NCBI GenBank assembly: GCA_050014495.1
Contig: JBEKDF010000001.1
Location: 128,001 to 192,000 of the forward strand
Origin: Candidatus Bathyarchaeia archaeon
GTDB taxonomy: Archaea > Thermoproteota > Bathyarchaeia > TCS64
Direction: 5' to 3'
Length of the DNA: 64,000 nucleotides
A model generated the notes under the pieces. It did no database searches, was not told the DNA's origin, and was given only the letters and a program-made list of their open reading frames with translations. A program made the position numbers and the translations under genes. This document shows positions 59,338 to 64,000 of this stretch, piece by piece (the first letter of the stretch is position 1; each line of letters begins with the position of its first letter).

Positions 59338-61008
59338 CTACATCATAGGGGGCATGCCGCCCATGCCACCCATTCCACCCATGCCGCCGCCCATGCCTCC
59401 TTCGGCTCCTGGTGGCGGACCCTTACTCTTCGTCGATGCGATCACGTCATCGATCTTGATGAGCATCGTCGCGACCTCTGTAGCGGACTTTATAGCCTGT
59501 GCCTTGACGACCATCGGCTCGAGGATCTCGAGCTTCTCCATGTCTACTATCTTGCTCTCTAGTGCCTCGACTCCTGCCCACTTCTCGCCTTTTGCGTGAC
59601 GGCTCTGGAGCTCAGCCATGGCGTCGATGGGGTCCATTCCTGCGTTCTCTGCTAGTGTCGTCGGAAGTACCTCGATTGCGTCGGCGAATGCAGATATGGC
59701 GAGTCTTTCCCTGCCCTTGAGCTTCTCAGCGTAAGTGCGGAGTTTCCTCGCGATCTCGATGTCGACAGCGCCTCCACCTGCAACGATTTTGGGCTCCTCG
59801 ACAACGTCCTTGACGACGCAGAGGGCATCGTGGATGCTCCTCTCGGCCTCGTCGACGATTCTCTCGGTGCCGCCGCGGATCAGTATGCTTACAGCCTTGG
59901 GGTTCTTGCAGCCCTCGACGAAGATTAGCTTGTCAGAGCCGATCTTCCTCTCCTCTACGGAGTCGGCGTAGCCGGCGTCCGTTGCTGAGAGTTCGTCGAC
60001 GCTACTGACAACCTTAGCGCCCGTCGCCTTGGCGAGAGCCTCCATGTCACTCTTCTTGAGCCTGCGAGCGGCCATGATACCCTCACGGGCTAAGAAGTGT
60101 TGCACCATGTCATCGATCCCCTTCTGGCAGAATAGGACACTAATGTTAGCGCCCTTCACCTTCGCGACCATGTCCCGCAGCATCTTCTCCTCCTCATCTA
60201 GGTAGGCCTGCATCTCATCAGGGGACTCGATGCTTATCTTGCTGGTGAACTCGGTTTTCTCGATCTCCATAGCGGCGTCGAGTAAGCCGATCTTCGCCTT
60301 CTTGACGAGCTTCGGCATGTCGCTGTGGACGACCTCCTTGTCGATGACGAGCCCCTTGATGAGGGCGGTGTCCGTCATGGAGCCGCCGGGTTTCTTCTCC
60401 ACCTTGACCATGTCGAGGTCGACTTTCCATTTACCGTTCGCCTCCTCAGCAACCTGGAGGATAGCGTCAACCGCTACCTCGGAGAGGTAACCACTGTGAC
60501 TGCCAACGAGCTTAGTCGACATCGTTGTCTTCGCGACGCGCTTCAATGTATCCTTATCCCTCGGCTTAACAGTGATGGCGATGTCGCTTAGTATCCTCAG
60601 AGCCTCCTCCTGGGCAACTCTGTAGCCGTCGATAATTACAGTTGGGTGGACCTTCTTCTCCATAAGGTCCGACGCTTTACCGAGCAGCTCGCCGGCGAGG
60701 ACAACGACAGTCGTAGTACCGTCACCGACCTCGGTGTCCTGGGTTTTACTGACCTCCACCATCATCTTAGCCGCGGGATGCTGGATATCCATCTCCTTAA
60801 GCATCGTCGCGCCGTCGTTGGTGATTGTTACATCGCCGAAGCTGTCGACGAGCATCTTATCCATTCCCTTTGGGCCAAGGCTTGTCTTAACGGCCTCGGC
60901 TACGATCCTCGCGGCCATGATGTTGTTGCCGCGAGCGTCATTACCCGTGTTCCTCTCAGTTCCTTCCTTGAGGATGTAGATGGGCTGATTACTATTTTGT
61001 GCACTCAT
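59338..61008 (-). CDS. ths: Thermosome (group II chaperonin) subunit, first of tandem pair, with GGM tail
   Basis: [25 protein letters not shown] repeats. Confidence 0.96.
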   Translation of the reverse strand: MSAQNSNQPIYILKEGTERNTGNDARGNNIMAARIVAEAVKTSLGPKGMDKMLVDSFGDVTITNDGATMLKEMDIQHPAAKMMVEVSKTQDTEVGDGTTTVVVLAGELLGKASDLMEKKVHPTVIIDGYRVAQEEALRILSDIAITVKPRDKDTLKRVAKTTMSTKLVGSHSGYLSEVAVDAILQVAEEANGKWKVDLDMVKVEKKPGGSMTDTALIKGLVIDKEVVHSDMPKLVKKAKIGLLDAAMEIEKTEFTSKISIESPDEMQAYLDEEEKMLRDMVAKVKGANISVLFCQKGIDDMVQHFLAREGIMAARRLKKSDMEALAKATGAKVVSSVDELSATDAGYADSVEERKIGSDKLIFVEGCKNPKAVSILIRGGTERIVDEAERSIHDALCVVKDVVEEPKIVAGGGAVDIEIARKLRTYAEKLKGRERLAISAFADAIEVLPTTLAENAGMDPIDAMAELQSRHAKGEKWAGVEALESKIVDMEKLEILEPMVVKAQAIKSATEVATMLIKIDDVIASTKSKGPPPGAEGGMGGGMGGMGGMGGMPPMM

Positions 61009-61107
61009 TCAATCATCTCTTTAATATAAATGGCTACACCGGTAATTCGACCATCCTTTGAGATGGAGCTTATTGTTGATTCGATATACGCCAACGGTGT
61101 ACCACTT

Positions 61108-61122
61108 CTGGTTGTAAACCAA
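61108..61122 (-). promoter_or_regulatory. Candidate repressor operator at the thermosome promoter
   Basis: TGGTT-GTA-AACCA palindrome about 20-30 nt downstream of a minus-strand TTTATTATA box. Confidence 0.55.
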
Positions 61123-61171
61123 CAGTGTATATCGGCTATAATAAAAAAACCTTTTGGTAGTTTAGAATATG

Positions 61172-61885
61172 TCACGTGTTCAGACTTATAAAATTCTCGT
61201 TTCTTGAGGCGAGGCCTTCCTTTACGAGATCTGACACTATATCCCGCACATCGGCTTCGTTTAACTGGAGGGTTTTGCTGAGGTCTTCTATGCTCGTGGG
61301 GCCGATATCAACGAGATGCTGTATTATTTGCTTCTTTTTTCGGTCGAGTTCTTCTAAGGCTCCTTGTGTGGCTCCAAGTGCTAAGTTGCGTATGTAGAGT
61401 AGTCTGGCCCGTCTCTTCTCGAGGCTCTCGAGCTCCTCGTCTATTATCTCGATTATTTGGCGGAGCGGTGGCACATCATCGACATTGAGCTCTTCATCGT
61501 CTATGTCCTTCACCTGATCCTCAAGTCTCTCCATGTAGTTATCCTCCTGGATCCACTGGTGGGGGTTGTTGAAGCTGATTAGTCTCTCGTTGTAGAGGCT
61601 TGGGCTGAAGTCTATTTGGAGGCTGTAGAACTTGTTTAGGTGGAAGACGTTCTTGTCAGCTCCAAAGGTGCTCTTCTGTCGAACCACGTCAACGAGCTCT
61701 GCGTCTTGGATTACCTTTAGGTGTTTTGCGGCTAGTTGTTGGTTGATATTGAGTTCGTTGCTCAATCGGAGGGTGTAGTCGGGTCCTTCGCTTAGCTTCT
61801 TTATTATGTGTCGTCGAACCGGGTTCCCAAGTACACCTACTACCTTCTCGAAGTTCTTCCTCTGGGCCCGTTTCTTATTCGACAC
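61172..61885 (-). CDS. ArsR-type wHTH + coiled-coil regulator (Phr heat-shock repressor-like)
   Basis: LGNPVRRHIIKKLSEGP.Y...LS.EL...QQ...KHL; second C-terminal HTH. Confidence 0.8.
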   Translation of the reverse strand: MSNKKRAQRKNFEKVVGVLGNPVRRHIIKKLSEGPDYTLRLSNELNINQQLAAKHLKVIQDAELVDVVRQKSTFGADKNVFHLNKFYSLQIDFSPSLYNERLISFNNPHQWIQEDNYMERLEDQVKDIDDEELNVDDVPPLRQIIEIIDEELESLEKRRARLLYIRNLALGATQGALEELDRKKKQIIQHLVDIGPTSIEDLSKTLQLNEADVRDIVSDLVKEGLASRNENFISLNT

Positions 61886-61886
61886 T

Positions 61887-61911
61887 GGATGTAAACCGAA
61901 AGTTGTAAACT
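61887..61911 (-). promoter_or_regulatory. Tandem candidate operator at the regulator's own promoter
   Basis: GGAT-GTA-AACC (61887-97) and AGTT-GTA-AACT (61901-11), downstream of minus-strand TTTAAG. Confidence 0.55.
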
Positions 61912-62141
61912 AGTCAGGGGCACTTAAATATTGCGTCAGTGCTTCGAAAACATTTTTTTTTCACATCATATATGAGGCAAAATGTTTCGTATTTACTGTT
62001 GGCATAATACTGTATGCGCGCGCAAAAATGACAAGCACACGAATTGGCATCTTTCATTGAATGGAATCTTACAGAGGTTGAGCATATATTCACTTATATG
62101 TGGATATTTGAAGACGAAATAGAGAGTGAGCTCTAAACTCT

Positions 62142-63002
62142 TTAGCCGAATATCGACTTCCAACGGTAGGTCATGCACCCACAATCTTCAGAGTCTGGAT
62201 CAGTCTCCGCAACTGTATCAAGGAGAGCCTTACCGGTTGGCCTCGCCCACATTGCCTGGAAGTCGCTGAAGGCCATCTTCCCCTCCCAGGTTGTGTTGAC
62301 GCAGCCCTCACCATAGTTGGAGACAACCTCAACACAAGCGTAGCAGGCCCCGATCTCGCGAGCGAAATAGATTTCTGGCACTAAATTCATTGTAACTACG
62401 TCTATCCCCGCATTTGTATATCTAATTCTCACTTCATCGGGGGATTCAAGATGGGGTCCCTCAGCGACACCGACGACCCCCCTCTGAAAGACTCGTGGGA
62501 ACCCTGCTTTTTTCACATTCATGTAGAGGCTCCGACTCAGTTCAGGGCAGAAGGCCTGGTGGAGACGGTAGCTCGTCCTCTCTACTTCGACGCCTTTCGC
62601 CTCGAGGCTCCTAAAGAAAGCTTGGCACCGCTTCGTTGTATAATCCACAAAGCCATTTGGGATGACCGCATCGGCTGGATCGAGAAGCCTGCTTGATGAT
62701 CCGCATAGTGCGGTCCCGAGGATCTTCCTAGCACCCGCCATCCAGAGCACGTAGAAGACGCGTTCACCAGCGCTGTTTGGTTCGGTGTTTCTGATGGAAT
62801 TGGTTATGCCGTGGAATTGGACGCTTAGAAACTCGTGCTCGTTGATCTTTGCGTGTGTGAAGGGGGCTGATGGTCCGAAGGGCGTATCATAGACAACGTC
62901 TTTCGAGATGACCTGAACGCCCTTAAAGTCCTCAGGGAACTTGGAGTTCATGTTAGCTGAACCTCCGATGATGGCTATGCTGGCTTTAGGAATCTCGCTC
63001 AT
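62142..63002 (-). CDS. MTAP family purine nucleoside phosphorylase
   Basis: IAIIGGS, DTPFG, EGP.LES..E, VTMNLVPE..FAREIG.CY, VSN. Confidence 0.85.
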   Translation of the reverse strand: MSEIPKASIAIIGGSANMNSKFPEDFKGVQVISKDVVYDTPFGPSAPFTHAKINEHEFLSVQFHGITNSIRNTEPNSAGERVFYVLWMAGARKILGTALCGSSSRLLDPADAVIPNGFVDYTTKRCQAFFRSLEAKGVEVERTSYRLHQAFCPELSRSLYMNVKKAGFPRVFQRGVVGVAEGPHLESPDEVRIRYTNAGIDVVTMNLVPEIYFAREIGACYACVEVVSNYGEGCVNTTWEGKMAFSDFQAMWARPTGKALLDTVAETDPDSEDCGCMTYRWKSIFG

Positions 63003-63279
63003 GAATCCTAATTCAGTAAGAGTGTGATTAAAGAGTTGCCCGCGCGTAGGAAACACAATTTATTATTATTCCCATAGGAATATAATCCGGAATGGTTAAA
63101 AGGGAGACTCTTTAGCACCTAATCTTCCTAAAATCCTCAAACTTACCAATTTTTGGCTATCGTTAATACTAGTAAATGCTTCGAGGACATGTTATTATCA
63201 GTCCTTGATAGTAATTATAGGGACAAGTATTATATATTAGGTGCGATGTGATGCCATATTCTATGGGTCGCGGAACCCA

Positions 63280-63299
63280 ATTCCGATTGTAATCGGAAT
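63280..63299. promoter_or_regulatory. 20-bp palindrome upstream of tfb
   Basis: ATTCCGATT-GT-AATCGGAAT. Confidence 0.5.
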
Positions 63300-63337
63300 A
63301 TTCCGCAGAGAAATCGAGTAGGAAAAAGGGAAAAACA

Positions 63338-64000
63338 ATGATAGTCAAGACTGAGCAGTCACCAAACGACGTGTGCCCGGAATGCGGGTCAAAGAACGTC
63401 ATAATCGATAACGATACAGGTGAGAAGATCTGCGGAGGGTGCGGCCTCGTAATGGCGGACAACATGATGAGCGATGGCCCCGAATGGAGGGCTTTTAGCC
63501 AGGACGAGAGGGAGAGCCGTAGCCGAGTTGGTATGCCCCTAAGCTTCAGCGTACACGATAAGGGACTCAGCACGATGATCGGCCAAGTTGGCAAGGACGC
63601 CTTCGGCCGTACAATACCCAGTAAGACCATGTTCCAGATGCTCCGCCTCAAAAAATGGCACATCAGGAGCAGCTACCAGAGCAGTGTAGACAGAAACCTA
63701 AGCCACGCAATGACCGAGCTCAGTAGACTCTGCGACAAGCTCCACATCCCCAAGCAGGTCAAGGAACGCGCCGCTGTAATCTACAGGAAGGCATTAGAGA
63801 AGGGCCTCGTCAGGGGCCGCAGCATATCAGCTATAGCAGCCGCTAGCCTCTACGCTGCATGCCGCGCCACAGGCACCCCTAGAACACTCAGAGAGCTCGC
63901 ACGCGTCTCAACAATCGACAAGAAAGACCTCGCACGCTGCTACAGGCTTCTGCTCCGTGAATTGACCATCCAGATGCCTATACCGAAGGCCCAGTACAGG
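63338..64000 (+). CDS. tfb: Transcription initiation factor IIB (TFB), partial; runs off the window edge
   Basis: CPECGS...GEKICGGCGLV, GPEWRAF, RSRVG, GLVRGRS. Confidence 0.95.
   Translation, partial: MIVKTEQSPNDVCPECGSKNVIIDNDTGEKICGGCGLVMADNMMSDGPEWRAFSQDERESRSRVGMPLSFSVHDKGLSTMIGQVGKDAFGRTIPSKTMFQMLRLKKWHIRSSYQSSVDRNLSHAMTELSRLCDKLHIPKQVKERAAVIYRKALEKGLVRGRSISAIAAASLYAACRATGTPRTLRELARVSTIDKKDLARCYRLLLRELTIQMPIPKAQYR

Noticed and set aside
59340..59400. Tandem ccgcccatg-type repeats
   Set aside because: They encode the ordinary GGM chaperonin tail.
58207..59562. 451-aa + strand ORF and many other long antisense ORFs in the track
   Set aside because: Shadow frames of codon-biased genes (thermosome, RNAP) with no recognisable motifs.
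63169..63663. 164-aa minus-strand ORF
   Set aside because: It is antisense to TFB, which the track missed because TFB runs off the window.

Overview
Archaeal chromosomal segment, most likely Bathyarchaeia/TACK. This is inferred from the unsplit RpoB, the fused RpoA'+A'', two thermosome subunits, AglB and the archaeal mevalonate-pathway genes. Core genes: rpoB-rpoA-L30e-nusA, LSm-L37e, H+-PPase, thiL, eIF5A/DHS, aglB, UbiD/AcnX, tmk, cysK, serS, thermosome pair and a partial TFB. There are five tRNAs, one with a BHB intron. Two visibly AT-rich accessory regions are present. The first is a remnant behind tRNA-Leu (about 11.5-12.5 kb). The second is an island at about 18.0-24.8 kb holding a wHTH/nuclease-like three-gene operon, a UDG-like gene, an HNH nuclease, two unannotated small ORFs, a nonsense-interrupted cyclophilin-pilin chimera and three copies of a ~35-bp palindromic motif. 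Other signals: a shared operator at the promoters of the thermosome operon and its upstream ArsR/Phr-like regulator, (CG)n alternating tracts concentrated in intergenic spacers, C55 in both tRNA-Thr genes, and a cysK + SerK-like kinase pair. No CRISPR array, rRNA, integrase or transposase was seen. All product calls come from motif recognition, not database searches.
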